From positions 1-47,496 of the forward strand of contig CALRCO010000001.1 in the NCBI GenBank assembly GCA_943354645.1: a DNA stretch of 47,496 bases, written 5' to 3'. Each line of letters starts with the position of its first letter. Positions within the stretch are counted from its first letter, which is position 1. A program made the translations under genes and the position numbers. Below, in pieces: positions 19,925-29,983 of the stretch. This DNA comes from Candidatus Nomurabacteria bacterium. Its GTDB lineage: Bacteria > Patescibacteriota > Minisyncoccia > Phycocordibacterales > UBA9973. Below the pieces are notes generated by a model that saw only the letters and a list, made by a program, of their open reading frames with translations, did not search any database and had not been told where the DNA came from.

Positions 19925-20112
19925 AGGTTTAAGTTTTTTATTGATTAAGTAAGCGAGTTTGGCTGGTTACCGCTTAGTTCCCATCCAGCCTCCTTATTTT
20001 TCTAAAAGCTTTATAGCCAAGATTTTGAGACTGTTTTTAAGAAATATGGTGTTTTGGTAAGACAGTCTTAATACATGCCCGCTTCCTTGCTATAACGAGG
20101 AAGTGGGTTTTT
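19925..20112 (+). ncRNA. Candidate structured ncRNA
   Basis: Promoter TTTACA-16-TACACT, no substantial ORF, possible pseudoknot and hairpin, terminator at 20078-20112. Confidence 0.4.
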
Positions 20113-20150
20113 ATTTACCTGAACGATATTTTATCGCAGTGTAGGTGGCC

Positions 20151-20179
20151 TTGCATTTTTTATCCGTATACGGTAGAGT
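20151..20179 (+). promoter_or_regulatory. Sigma70-type promoter of rpsL
   Basis: TTGCAT-17-TAGAGT. Confidence 0.6.
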
Positions 20180-20223
20180 AATCCTACTAAAGCCCTATTG
20201 TCGGCTTTTTATATTAGACATCA

Positions 20224-20646
20224 ATGCCATCAGTAAATCAGCTCGTACGGAGCCCACGCAAAAAAACAAAACGAAAGACAAAAGCGGTCGCTCTCGCCCG
20301 CGGTTTTAATGCTATCAAAAATCGCCCAGTGTTCTACCCATCTCCATTTAAACGTGGGGTATGTACAAAGGTTTCAACAACAACTCCTAAAAAGCCTAAC
20401 TCTGCGCTCCGAAAGATCGCCCGCGTTCGCCTTACGAACGGTCAAGAAGTCACTGCATATATCCCAGGTGAAGGACACAACCTCCAAGAGCACTCAGTGG
20501 TCATCATCCGTGGTGGTCGCGTGAAAGACTTGATCGGAGTTCGATACCACATTGTTCGTGGACGTCTCGATGCATCTGGAGTTGAAAAGCGACGTCAGTC
20601 ACGTTCGCTCTACGGTAACAAGCGCCCAAAGGCGACAAGCAAGTAA
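20224..20646 (+). CDS. rpsL: 30S ribosomal protein S12
   Basis: [31 protein letters not shown]. Confidence 0.99.
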   Translation: MPSVNQLVRSPRKKTKRKTKAVALARGFNAIKNRPVFYPSPFKRGVCTKVSTTTPKKPNSALRKIARVRLTNGQEVTAYIPGEGHNLQEHSVVIIRGGRVKDLIGVRYHIVRGRLDASGVEKRRQSRSLYGNKRPKATSK

Positions 20647-20736
20647 AAAGTTTATCAAGTTCGTAAAGTTATAAAGTAAAAGGCACAAGCACTCAACTTT
20701 AAAAACTTTATAACATTCCACTTTATAACTCATCAT
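20647..20736. repeat. AAGTTATA/TATAACTT inverted-repeat spacer
   Basis: Degenerate 8-9-mer tracts on both arms. Confidence 0.8.
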
Positions 20737-21207
20737 ATGCGACGCAAAATCAACAACAAAAACATAGTTTTACCAGATATCGTTTACAACTCTCCTCGAG
20801 TTGCAAAGTTTATCAACTGTCTCATGTGGGATGGAAAGAAAGAAACTGCACGCAAAGTTGTGTACGGTGCTTTCGATATGATTAAAGAAAAAACAGGCAC
20901 AGAAGACGCACTTGAAATCTTTGATACAGCTATCAAGAACGCAAGTCCAAACCTCGAAGTTCGCTCACGACGTATTGGTGGTGCAAACTACCAAGTGCCT
21001 CGTGAAGTTCGTCCAGAACGTCGCCAAGCGCTCGCATTCCGATGGATCCTCGCTGCCGCTCGCGGTAAGAAAGGTGCACCAATGGCAAAGCGTCTCGCCG
21101 ATGAACTCATCCTCGCTTCAAAAAATGAAGGTTCTGCAATCAAGAAGAAAGAAGATACGCACAAAATGGCAGAATCAAACAAAGCATTTGCCCATTTTGC
21201 TTGGTAA
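20737..21207 (+). CDS. rpsG: 30S ribosomal protein S7
   Basis: [28 protein letters not shown]. Confidence 0.99.
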   Translation: MRRKINNKNIVLPDIVYNSPRVAKFINCLMWDGKKETARKVVYGAFDMIKEKTGTEDALEIFDTAIKNASPNLEVRSRRIGGANYQVPREVRPERRQALAFRWILAAARGKKGAPMAKRLADELILASKNEGSAIKKKEDTHKMAESNKAFAHFAW

Positions 21208-21354
21208 TGTTGCAAAGCAACATTACCCCGAGCGAACGCTAGTGAGTCGAGAGGTCTTTAATTTTATAGAAAAAAGAAAAATCCCCATTCGGGGATTTTT
21301 CTTTTTGACAAAGAGTATCAATAGGTATATGGTAAAAGAAAAATTGTTCACCTC

Positions 21355-21714
21355 ATGAGAAATACATATGTTAATTTGACACTGGCCGAGATTGCCAATA
21401 AGACAAAGCATCAGCCACTTTTTTATTTCGCTATTACTGTGTTTATTGCAGGATTAATGGCACAGGTATTATTTAATGATTCATTAGAAAATACAGGACC
21501 TAAGATGTTTGTGATATTGATGTCAGTAGGGCTTCCTTTGTATAAATTCATTAAAAGTCTTGACCCAAAGCGACGAGTTATCGCTGTACTTGATGAAGAA
21601 TGTAAATACACACAAAATGCGTCATGGTATAGAGATATTTGTAAAACACGTGCAAATACTCTTAAGGAGAAAGATGACACATGGGAGCAATGCAAACACG
21701 AAAAGATTATTTAA
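21355..21714 (+). CDS. Orphan protein with two TM segments
   Basis: TTGACA-17-TATGGT promoter; terminator 21721-21750. Confidence 0.7.
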   Translation: MRNTYVNLTLAEIANKTKHQPLFYFAITVFIAGLMAQVLFNDSLENTGPKMFVILMSVGLPLYKFIKSLDPKRRVIAVLDEECKYTQNASWYRDICKTRANTLKEKDDTWEQCKHEKII

Positions 21715-21793
21715 TGAGTAAAAAGCCACCCGTATCCTCGGGTGGCTTTTCTTTTGTCCGTAAAGGGTATATCGTTAAGTAAAATCTTGCACT

Positions 21794-22165
21794 ATGAAAA
21801 AAATAATACTTGGCGTAGTTGGTATTTGCGCACTTGGTGCAGGAATACTCCTCGCACCATATGTTTTTACTAATATTGCTCCAAAAGTGAATGCCGAAAT
21901 CGTTTCCTCTGGAGAAGAGATTCATGTGTGGGGACTTGATTCGTCAATTATTGAAGGAACACTTATTCAAATCTCATGTGTTGTTTTGATTAACGGTACA
22001 CCTGCAAATTCAGGATGGGAAATTTGCGATAACCTCTCGTATATCTATCCGCAGAATGACATTACCGTCCCTCATGTCGGCATCAATCTTATGGAAGGAG
22101 GTAAACTCTCCGGAGAAGTAGATGCCACCATCGAATTCCGCATTGCAAAAGTTATTCGTCGTTAA
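21794..22165 (+). CDS. Orphan secreted or membrane-anchored protein
   Basis: MKK plus hydrophobic helix; terminator 22164-22193. Confidence 0.7.
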   Translation: MKKIILGVVGICALGAGILLAPYVFTNIAPKVNAEIVSSGEEIHVWGLDSSIIEGTLIQISCVVLINGTPANSGWEICDNLSYIYPQNDITVPHVGINLMEGGKLSGEVDATIEFRIAKVIRR

Positions 22166-22237
22166 GCCGCCCGTATTCTCGGGCGGCGTTTTTATTTATT
22201 CACCTATGTTTTTATGCAATTAAAAATGTTGGCGGGT

Positions 22238-22266
22238 TTGCAAAAAACACCTATATATCGTATAGT
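22238..22266 (+). promoter_or_regulatory. Sigma70-type promoter of fusA
   Basis: TTGCAA-17-TATAGT. Confidence 0.65.
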
Positions 22267-22356
22267 CTTTCTCATAGAGCGGTGACGCTTTTTTATTTAC
22301 TAAATTTTGCTTCTACCTAAACCCTAGACGCTAAACCCTAAACCCTATATTTATTT

Positions 22357-24507
22357 ATGGAACGAGAATATCCTCTAGAAAAAGTCCGAAACTTCGGCAT
22401 TATCGCCCACATCGACGCGGGCAAAACCACGACATCAGAACGCGTGTTGTTTTACACGGGCATGTCCCACAAAATCGGTGAAGTGCACGACGGTGAGACC
22501 ACTACCGACTGGATGGAACAAGAACGAGAACGCGGTATTACGATTACGGCTGCGGCAGTTACCTGTGCGTGGATTCCGACCTATGCAAATGCGGACAAAA
22601 ATAAGAAAATTCGTTTCAATATTATCGATACACCTGGACACATCGACTTTACGGTTGAAGTGAAGCGCTCACTCCGCGTCTTGGACGGCGCAGTGGTTGT
22701 TTTCGACGGCGTTGCTGGTGTTGAGCCACAATCAGAAACCAACTGGCGCTACGCTGATGAAGCGCAGGTGCCGCGTATTTGTTTCGTGAATAAGCTCGAC
22801 CGAACAGGTGCGTCATTTGAACATTCCTATGCAACTATCCTCGACCGTCTTTCAAAAAAGGCAGTTCGTATGCAACTTCCTATTGGTCTTGAAGAAAACC
22901 ATGAAGGCGTTGTCGATCTTTTGACAATGAAGGCTTACTACTTCGAAGGCGACATGGGAAGTAAGGTTGTTGAAAAAGAAATTCCAGAAAACATGATGGC
23001 GGATGCAAAAAAGTATCATGGTGAACTCATCGAACGCATCGTCGAAAACGATGAAGCACAGATGACTGCATATTTGGAAGGCAATGAGCCATCACTTGAT
23101 GAACTCAAAAAGACTCTTCGCAAAGCAGTTATCAAAAATGAAATCTTTCCTGTTTATGCAGGAAGTGCGCTTAAGAACAAAGGTGTTCAGCTCGTCTTGG
23201 ATGCGGTTGTTGATTACTTGCCATCTCCAAAAGATATCAAGCCAGTTACCGGAACTGATCCAAATACCGATGAACCGCTTTCACGCGCTGCGGATGACGC
23301 AGAGCCATTCTGTGGTCTTGCATTCAAGTTGATGGCAGATCCATTCGTCGGACAACTCGTCTTCTTCCGTGTCTATTCAGGTACGCTTGAATCAGGAAGT
23401 TATGTATATAATCCTCGAACCCGCAACAAAGAACGCATCGGCCGTATCGTGCGTATGCAAGCAGATCAACGTGAAGAAGTGAAGAAAATTTTCGCGGGTG
23501 ATATTGCCGCAATCGTGGGACTCAAAGATACAAAAACATCGGACACACTCTGTGATGATGCAAAACCAATCATGCTTGAACGTATTGTCTTCCCAGAACC
23601 AGTTATCTCTCTCCGTATCGAACCAAAAACAAAAGCTGACCAAGAAAAAATGGGTCTCGCGCTTTCACGTCTTGCTGATGAAGATCCAACATTCCGCGTC
23701 TCAACCGATCAAGAAACTATGGAAACGATTATTGCAGGTATGGGAGAATTGCACCTCGACATTATTGTGGATCGTATGAAGCGAGAATTCGCTGTTGATG
23801 CAAATGTCGGTAAACCACAAGTTGCGTATCGCGAAACAATTAATGCGAATGCTGAAGCAGAAGGTAAATACATCAAACAATCTGGTGGTCGTGGAAACTA
23901 TGGTCACGTGAAAATCCGCGTGAAGCCTATGGACATGAGTCTTACGAAAGAAGAGATCGAAGATTTGCCAAAGTCAGTCAAACGCGAAGCGCATTTCGAA
24001 TTTATCAATACGATCAAAGGAGGTGCAATCCCACAAGAATATATTCCAGCCTGTGAAAAAGGATTCCGAGAAGGTCTCGATCGCGGTATTTTGGCAGGAT
24101 TTAAAATGGTGGATGTCTCTGTTGAACTCTGGGATGGAAGTTACCACGATGTGGACTCAAACGAAATGGCGTTCAAAATCGCTGCTTCTATGGGTATCCA
24201 AGATGCGTGTCGCGCTGCAAAGCCGGTTATTCTTGAACCGATGATGAAAGTGGAAGTCGTTACCCCTGATAAATTCATGGGAGATGTCACAGGCTCACTT
24301 TCTGCAAAACGTGGACTTATCGAAGGTATGGAAGATCGCGGTATGAACAAAGTCGTCAAAGCTGTGGTGCCGTTGTCCGAAATGTTCGGCTACACGACAA
24401 ACTTGCGCAGTATGACCGAAGGCCGTGCTGGATTCACGATGGAATTCTTGCGATACGATATTGTCCCTAATAATGTCGCGGACACTATCATTGCAGCTAA
24501 AAAATAG
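22357..24507 (+). CDS. fusA: Elongation factor G
   Basis: [40 protein letters not shown]. Confidence 0.99.
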   Translation: MEREYPLEKVRNFGIIAHIDAGKTTTSERVLFYTGMSHKIGEVHDGETTTDWMEQERERGITITAAAVTCAWIPTYANADKNKKIRFNIIDTPGHIDFTVEVKRSLRVLDGAVVVFDGVAGVEPQSETNWRYADEAQVPRICFVNKLDRTGASFEHSYATILDRLSKKAVRMQLPIGLEENHEGVVDLLTMKAYYFEGDMGSKVVEKEIPENMMADAKKYHGELIERIVENDEAQMTAYLEGNEPSLDELKKTLRKAVIKNEIFPVYAGSALKNKGVQLVLDAVVDYLPSPKDIKPVTGTDPNTDEPLSRAADDAEPFCGLAFKLMADPFVGQLVFFRVYSGTLESGSYVYNPRTRNKERIGRIVRMQADQREEVKKIFAGDIAAIVGLKDTKTSDTLCDDAKPIMLERIVFPEPVISLRIEPKTKADQEKMGLALSRLADEDPTFRVSTDQETMETIIAGMGELHLDIIVDRMKREFAVDANVGKPQVAYRETINANAEAEGKYIKQSGGRGNYGHVKIRVKPMDMSLTKEEIEDLPKSVKREAHFEFINTIKGGAIPQEYIPACEKGFREGLDRGILAGFKMVDVSVELWDGSYHDVDSNEMAFKIAASMGIQDACRAAKPVILEPMMKVEVVTPDKFMGDVTGSLSAKRGLIEGMEDRGMNKVVKAVVPLSEMFGYTTNLRSMTEGRAGFTMEFLRYDIVPNNVADTIIAAKK

Positions 24508-24608
24508 GAGCAAGTAAGTAGGTAGAGAGAACAAAAATATGCGTCTCAAAATATTTCGGTTACGCCAAAATATCTTTGATACGTGATTTTTGGAATGAAC
24601 AAAAATCA

Positions 24609-24645
24609 AAAAAGCCCGACACAATAAAATTGTGTCGGGCTTTTG
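24609..24645. terminator. Bidirectional terminator between fusA and the sigma gene
   Basis: AAAAGCCCGACACAAT/ATTGTGTCGGGCTTTT. Confidence 0.8.
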
Positions 24646-24660
24646 ATTTTGTAACATGAT

Positions 24661-25533
24661 TCATTTTCCTAAGTACACATTCAATTTTTTTACTCGTGGA
24701 TTTTTCCGAAATCGGCGAATTGTTTTGTCTACTATTTGCCGAACTCGTTCACGGGTGAGGCTAAATTTTTCTCCAATGGCTTCTAAACTTAATTCTTCTT
24801 TACCATTAATCCCAAAACGGTGACTAACAATATCGGCATCTCGTTGTGAGATCATATTTCTTAAAATGTCACCGATGTCTTTTTTCAAAGATTCATTATC
24901 AAGCACCTCATTAGCATTTCCTGCAATAGGATCACTTTTGAATGAATCAATCATTGTCCGGTTCGCGTCTTCTCCAATAGGAGTATCCAAACTAACAGAC
25001 CACCCAATGCTCTTGCTCGTTTCTTGAATCTCTTCTTTTGGGATATCAAGCAGTTCAGCAAGTTCTTCATTTGACGGTTCACGCTCGTATCGCTGTTCGA
25101 ATTTCTCTGTCATTTTAATGATTTTAGTCGTTGAAGCGACCTTGTTCATAGGCAACCGAACAATGCGCGCATTTTCAGCAAGCGCTTGCAGAATTGATTG
25201 GCGAATCCACCACACGGCATAAGAAATAAATTTAAATCCTCTTGTGTGATCGAAACGCCCCGCTGCTTTGTAAAGACCAATGTTACCTTCATTGATTAAA
25301 TCAGACAGTGAAAGTCCTTGATTTTGATATTGCTTGGCAACAGAAACAACAAAGAGGAGATTTGCTTTTGTAAGGTTTTGTAATGCATCTGTGTCACCTG
25401 TTTGTATTTTTTTAGCTAACACAACTTCATCCTCAGCTGTAATACGAGGATGTTTTACAATTTCATTCAAATATCGCTGAAGGGAATCACCTTCGCGAAG
25501 GGTAATCTGCTTGGCGATTTTTAGCTGTCTCAT
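24661..25533 (-). CDS. Sigma-70 factor of the Bacteroidota primary-sigma type (no region 1.1)
   Basis: MRQLKIAKQIT, ANLLFVVSVAKQYQNQGL, GFKFISYAVWWIRQSILQALAE, LTRERVRQI. Confidence 0.92.
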   Translation of the reverse strand: MRQLKIAKQITLREGDSLQRYLNEIVKHPRITAEDEVVLAKKIQTGDTDALQNLTKANLLFVVSVAKQYQNQGLSLSDLINEGNIGLYKAAGRFDHTRGFKFISYAVWWIRQSILQALAENARIVRLPMNKVASTTKIIKMTEKFEQRYEREPSNEELAELLDIPKEEIQETSKSIGWSVSLDTPIGEDANRTMIDSFKSDPIAGNANEVLDNESLKKDIGDILRNMISQRDADIVSHRFGINGKEELSLEAIGEKFSLTRERVRQIVDKTIRRFRKNPRVKKLNVYLGK

Positions 25534-25582
25534 GATTTTTGAATTTTTTCTTTAGCGTACGCTGGATGCTTTTTGATGTCAA

Positions 25583-25653
25583 CCCGGTAGTGAGATTTTC
25601 TAAAGGGCCCTTTGCGTAGTTATAAAATCGTGTTAGAAAACTCTACTACCGGG
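25583..25653. mobile_element. 71-bp MITE-like palindrome beside the sigma promoter
   Basis: CCCGGTAGT...ACTACCGGG with inner TTTTCTAA/TTAGAAAA; TCAA on both flanks. Confidence 0.55.
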
Positions 25654-25709
25654 TCAAAGCTCTTTTCATTTGTTGCACTAAGGAGTATAGTTTCGAAAAC
25701 CCGCACCTT

Positions 25710-26216
25710 ATGAAAAGAAAAATCACCACCAAAATGAAAGAGCTTAATGAGCTCAGTCAAAGAACCACTGCAACAACAAAAGGACTTGTTGATGAAATTA
25801 AAAAAGGACTCCTTGATTTTGCTAAGAGTCCCAAAAGGAAAAAAATACAGTATTTTCTCCACATGAAGTTGTATAAAAACAAATACGACAACAAAGTGTG
25901 TGATGAAATTTCTTTTTGGTTAAGCAGATACATAACCGAACAGGGGACACATCATTACCGGCATAATCGATTTGATGTTGAGGAAAGAGCAGAGCAGCTT
26001 CAAGTACAATCAGGTACTTTTGTAGACACGGTTAATGAAGTTCTTATTGAGTTGAATCAGTTTCTCAAAAAGAATGGCTTCAATGTTGCTCTTGCAACAA
26101 GAGATACTGTTATCGATACCGATATGGGTTCACTCACTATTTATTGTGAAGGGGAAATAAAATATCCTCACAACGGTAAGGTTGTGATTGAAGAAAAAGA
26201 AAAAGCTGTTAGTTGA
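25710..26216 (+). CDS. Orphan hypothetical protein
   Basis: 168-aa ORF divergent from the sigma gene; terminator 26229-26260; start uncertain. Confidence 0.65.
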   Translation: MKRKITTKMKELNELSQRTTATTKGLVDEIKKGLLDFAKSPKRKKIQYFLHMKLYKNKYDNKVCDEISFWLSRYITEQGTHHYRHNRFDVEERAEQLQVQSGTFVDTVNEVLIELNQFLKKNGFNVALATRDTVIDTDMGSLTIYCEGEIKYPHNGKVVIEEKEKAVS

Positions 26217-26413
26217 AACAATACAATGAAGCCCTGCCGATGGAATCGGCAGGGCTTTTTTATGTGTACTTGCGCATTTTGTATCTTTCTGGTAGTATGA
26301 AATCCAATCGCTTTTTTAGCGTTTTTTATTAACAACCTCCTTCGAAGAGGTACATTAACCAAAGACAGGTATGGAACGCGCGAAAGCACGCACCCGCTAC
26401 CTAAACAATATTT

Positions 26414-27613
26414 ATGGCAGCAGAAGTATTCAATCGAACAAAGCCTCACGTAAACGTGGGAACTATCGGTCACGTTGACCACGGCAAGACAACTCTTACC
26501 GCGGCTATTTTGACTATCTTAAACCGTGAAGGAAACGGTTATTCAGCTAAGTTGAAGGGGGTGAATGATATCGACAAGGCGCCTGAAGAAAAGGCTCGTG
26601 GTATCACCATCGCGCTTTCTCACTCTGAATACGAAACTCCTAATCGTCACTACGCACACATTGATGCTCCGGGTCACGCTGACTACATCAAAAACATGAT
26701 TACAGGTGCCGCTCAAATGGACGGTGCTATTATCGTTGTTGCTGCTACTGATGGTGCTATGCCACAGACTCGTGAACACATCCTCCTTGCAAAACAAGTT
26801 GGCGTGCCAAAGATCGTGGTGTTCTTGAACAAGTGCGACATGGTTGACGACAAAGATATGATTGACTTGGTTGAAGAAGAAATCCGCGAAATCCTTGAAA
26901 AACAAGGTTTTGATAAGGATTGTCCTATCATCCGCGGTTCAGGTCTTAAAGCGCTTGAATCAAAAGACAATACAGACGAATGGGCAGTAAAAGTTATGGA
27001 TCTCGTTAAAGCGCTTGATACTTACATCCCAGAGCCTGTTCGTGATGTCTCAAAACCTTTCCTTATGCCTATCGAAGACGTTTTCTCAATCGAAGGACGT
27101 GGTACTGTCGTAACAGGTAAAATTGAACGCGGTATCGTCAAGGTTGGTGAAGAAGTCGAACTTGTTGGTATTAAAGAAACAAAGAAGACAACAATCACGG
27201 GTATCGAAATGTTCAACAAACAACTCTCAGAAGGTATGGCTGGCGACAACGCTGGTATCCTCCTCCGCGGTATTGCGAAAGATGACATTACTCGTGGACA
27301 AGTCCTCTCAAAGGTTGGTTCAGTTACTCCACACGATAACTTCGAATGTGAAGTGTACATCTTGAAAAAGGAAGAAGGTGGTCGTCACACACCATTCTTT
27401 AATGGCTACAAACCTCAATTCTACATCCGAACAACAGACGTTACAGGAGATGTAGTACTTCCGGCAGGAACAGAAATGGTTATGCCAGGTGATACCGTTA
27501 AACTTACGGTTAAACTCGTAACTCCAGTTGCACTTGAAGATCAGACACGTTTTGCTATCCGCGAAGGTGGTAAGACAGTGGGTGCTGGTGTTGTTACAAA
27601 AATCTTGGGCTAA
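26414..27613 (+). CDS. tuf: Elongation factor Tu
   Basis: [33 protein letters not shown]. Confidence 0.99.
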   Translation: MAAEVFNRTKPHVNVGTIGHVDHGKTTLTAAILTILNREGNGYSAKLKGVNDIDKAPEEKARGITIALSHSEYETPNRHYAHIDAPGHADYIKNMITGAAQMDGAIIVVAATDGAMPQTREHILLAKQVGVPKIVVFLNKCDMVDDKDMIDLVEEEIREILEKQGFDKDCPIIRGSGLKALESKDNTDEWAVKVMDLVKALDTYIPEPVRDVSKPFLMPIEDVFSIEGRGTVVTGKIERGIVKVGEEVELVGIKETKKTTITGIEMFNKQLSEGMAGDNAGILLRGIAKDDITRGQVLSKVGSVTPHDNFECEVYILKKEEGGRHTPFFNGYKPQFYIRTTDVTGDVVLPAGTEMVMPGDTVKLTVKLVTPVALEDQTRFAIREGGKTVGAGVVTKILG

Positions 27614-27646
27614 TTCCTTATCATTTCTTAATCAAAGCTCATTATT

Positions 27647-28006
27647 ATGGCAACCAAAACTGCAAAACCAAAAGCAACAAGCAAAGCTAAAGCAGACGGT
27701 GCCGTCAAATTACGTATCCGCGTGCGCGCTTACGAGAACAAAATTCTCGACATATCGGTAAAACAAATTATCGATACAGCGCGCCGCCACGATGCGGAAG
27801 TTGTTGGTCCGATCCCTCTCCCTACAGAAATTAAAAAGTACACGGTTAATCGCGCTTCATTCGTGTATAAAAATACGCGTGAACAATTTGAAATGCGTAT
27901 TCACAAGCGTGTGATCGATATTATGAACCCGAACGCGAAGACCATCGAAGCACTGACCAATTTGTCCTTGCCATCCGGTGTAGATATCGACGTTAAAATG
28001 ATGTAA
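27647..28006 (+). CDS. rpsJ: 30S ribosomal protein S10
   Basis: GPIPLPT, REQFEMRIHKR. Confidence 0.98.
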   Translation: MATKTAKPKATSKAKADGAVKLRIRVRAYENKILDISVKQIIDTARRHDAEVVGPIPLPTEIKKYTVNRASFVYKNTREQFEMRIHKRVIDIMNPNAKTIEALTNLSLPSGVDIDVKMM

Positions 28007-28111
28007 ATAAAATAAGTAGAAAGTTTGTAAAGTTCATAAAGTTATAAAGTAAATGCAAAAAATTGTGTTGCTTTATAACTTTTGACTTTATAACTTTTGA
28101 ACTAAATTCCT
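28007..28111. repeat. AAGTTATA/TATAACTT inverted-repeat spacer
   Basis: AAAGTTCATAAAGTTATAAAG ... CTTTATAACTTTTGACTTTATAACTTT. Confidence 0.85.
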
Positions 28112-28744
28112 ATGATTATTCTCGGCAAAAAACAGTATATGACGCAGTACTTCACGGAAGATGGCAAAGCGCATGCGGCAACGGTCGTACTCGCAACGCC
28201 GTCAACGGTGACTGCAGTCAAAACAACAGAGAAGGATGGCTATGATGCTCTCCAGCTCGGTTTCGAGGCGCAGAAAAAAGAGCGCGTATCGAAAGCAGTG
28301 CAAGGCCAGATGGGCGACTTGGGCGTTTTCAAAACGGTCAAAGAATTCGCATCAATCAACGGCCAAACACCGGTTGATCTCGAAAAGAAACGAGGTGATG
28401 TGTTCGATGTTTCCGGCTTTACCGTCGGCGATGTTGTGCGCGTTACCGGCGTTTCAAAAGGTAAAGGTTTCCAAGGTGTCGTGAAGCGTCACGGCTTCCA
28501 TGGTGGTCCTCGAACCCACGGTCAGAAACACTCTGAACGTGAACCAGGTTCTATCGGTGGAGGTCTCCGTGCTCGTGTGCCAAAAGGCATGCGCATGGCA
28601 GGACGCACCGGTTCTGATACCATCACGGTCGCGAATCTTCGCGTACTTGATGTTGATATGGAACGGAATTTATTGGTACTCTCCGGGGCGTTGCCTGGTC
28701 GAAGAGGTACTCTGCTTAAGATAATGACCACAAAGGTCAAGTAG
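28112..28744 (+). CDS. rplC: 50S ribosomal protein L3
   Basis: SKGKGFQGVVKRHGF, REPGSIG, KGMRMAG. Confidence 0.98.
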   Translation: MIILGKKQYMTQYFTEDGKAHAATVVLATPSTVTAVKTTEKDGYDALQLGFEAQKKERVSKAVQGQMGDLGVFKTVKEFASINGQTPVDLEKKRGDVFDVSGFTVGDVVRVTGVSKGKGFQGVVKRHGFHGGPRTHGQKHSEREPGSIGGGLRARVPKGMRMAGRTGSDTITVANLRVLDVDMERNLLVLSGALPGRRGTLLKIMTTKVK

Positions 28745-28827
28745 AAAGTTATAAAGTCATAAAGTTCATAAAGAAATTACAAAATACTTTATAACTTTAA
28801 AAACTTTAAGAACTTGATAACTCATAT
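28745..28827. repeat. AAGTTATA/TATAACTT inverted-repeat spacer
   Basis: AAAGTTATAAAGTCATAAAGTTCATAAAG ... CTTTATAACTTTAAAAACTTT. Confidence 0.85.
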
Positions 28828-29556
28828 ATGGAAGCAACACTCAAAAAAACTAAAAAAGTAAAAGTTCCTGTCAGTTTGGAAACAAACATGGTTAGCCAAG
28901 CAGGTAAAAAAGGCGCAGCAATTACGCTCCCAGAAGCTATCTTCGGCGTGCCATGGAATGGTGACCTCGTGCACCAAGTTATGGTCAGTATGACCAGTAA
29001 TGCTCGTGCAGGAACAGCTAACACAAAGACTCGCGGCGAAGTGCGCGGTGGTGGTAAGAAGCCATGGCAGCAAAAGGGAACTGGTCGTGCACGTCACGGC
29101 TCATCTCGTTCACCGATTTGGGTTGGTGGAGGTATTACGCACGGTCCTCGTACAGACAAAGACTATACAAAAAAGATCAATCGCAAGATGAAGGCAAAAG
29201 CGCTCTTTACGGTGCTCTCACAAAAATATCGTGATGGAGAAATTCTCTTTATCGATGATTTGACGGTAGCAAATACAAAGACAAAAGATGCACACAAGGT
29301 AATCGTTTCTCTTGCTGAGCAAAAAGGATTTGAAAAACTTTTGAAAGCTCGTAAGCAAGTTGGTCTTGTTGCAGTACCGAAAGATACATACGCAAACATT
29401 GCTCGCGCATACCGAAACTTGCCACAAGTGCTTTTGAACACAGTTGAAGAACTCGACATTGTTGATGTGCTTAACCACCGTTATCTTATTATCAGCCAAC
29501 CAGAAAACGCTATTGCGTTGCTTGCAAAAAAACAAGTAACAAAGGCAAGAAAATAG
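28828..29556 (+). CDS. rplD: 50S ribosomal protein L4
   Basis: RGEVRGGGKKPWQQKGTGRARHGS. Confidence 0.98.
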   Translation: MEATLKKTKKVKVPVSLETNMVSQAGKKGAAITLPEAIFGVPWNGDLVHQVMVSMTSNARAGTANTKTRGEVRGGGKKPWQQKGTGRARHGSSRSPIWVGGGITHGPRTDKDYTKKINRKMKAKALFTVLSQKYRDGEILFIDDLTVANTKTKDAHKVIVSLAEQKGFEKLLKARKQVGLVAVPKDTYANIARAYRNLPQVLLNTVEELDIVDVLNHRYLIISQPENAIALLAKKQVTKARK

Positions 29557-29646
29557 AAAATACTAAATACAAAATAGTAAACACGCATGAACACAGACAC
29601 ATTAAAACTATTTTCTATTTAGTACTTAGTATTTACTAACAAATAT

Positions 29647-29964
29647 ATGGCAACAAAAACAGACAAAAAGAAAACGGAGGTAGCAGAGGTTGTGAAAACA
29701 TCACTCTTGGGTGCACCACGGGTCACTGAAAAAGCAGCACGACTTACTATCGGTAATGCATATGTATTTATGGTAGAAACTCGAGCAACAAAACCTGAAA
29801 TCAAAAAAGCATTTATCGCGAAGTATAAAAAAACACCTCTTAAGATCGGCATGACGACTATTCGCGCAAAGAAAGTCATTGTTCGTGGCAGAAAAGGAAT
29901 GCTCGCAGGTGGCAAAAAGGCGATTATTTATTTGAAAAAAGGCGAAACAATCGATCTCGCATAA
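29647..29964 (+). CDS. rplW: 50S ribosomal protein L23
   Basis: PRVTEKA, ATKPEIK, KKAIIYLKKG; synteny. Confidence 0.95.
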   Translation: MATKTDKKKTEVAEVVKTSLLGAPRVTEKAARLTIGNAYVFMVETRATKPEIKKAFIAKYKKTPLKIGMTTIRAKKVIVRGRKGMLAGGKKAIIYLKKGETIDLA

Positions 29965-29983
29965 ATAATTCCTATACATCACT

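Noticed and set aside
22316..22347. CCCTAAA units resembling plant telomeric repeat
   Set aside because: Only about four degenerate units in a bacterial leader; better explained as one of the local heptamer tracts.
23925..23995. Extra residues in EF-G domain IV ([20 protein letters not shown])
   Set aside because: No inverted repeat or target duplication in the DNA; likely an ordinary lineage-specific loop.
25669..25695. Bacteroidota-type promoter (TTTG...TAGTTTCG) for ORF 25710
   Set aside because: Spacing is about 15 nt rather than about 19-21, and a canonical TATAGT -10 explains the site equally well.
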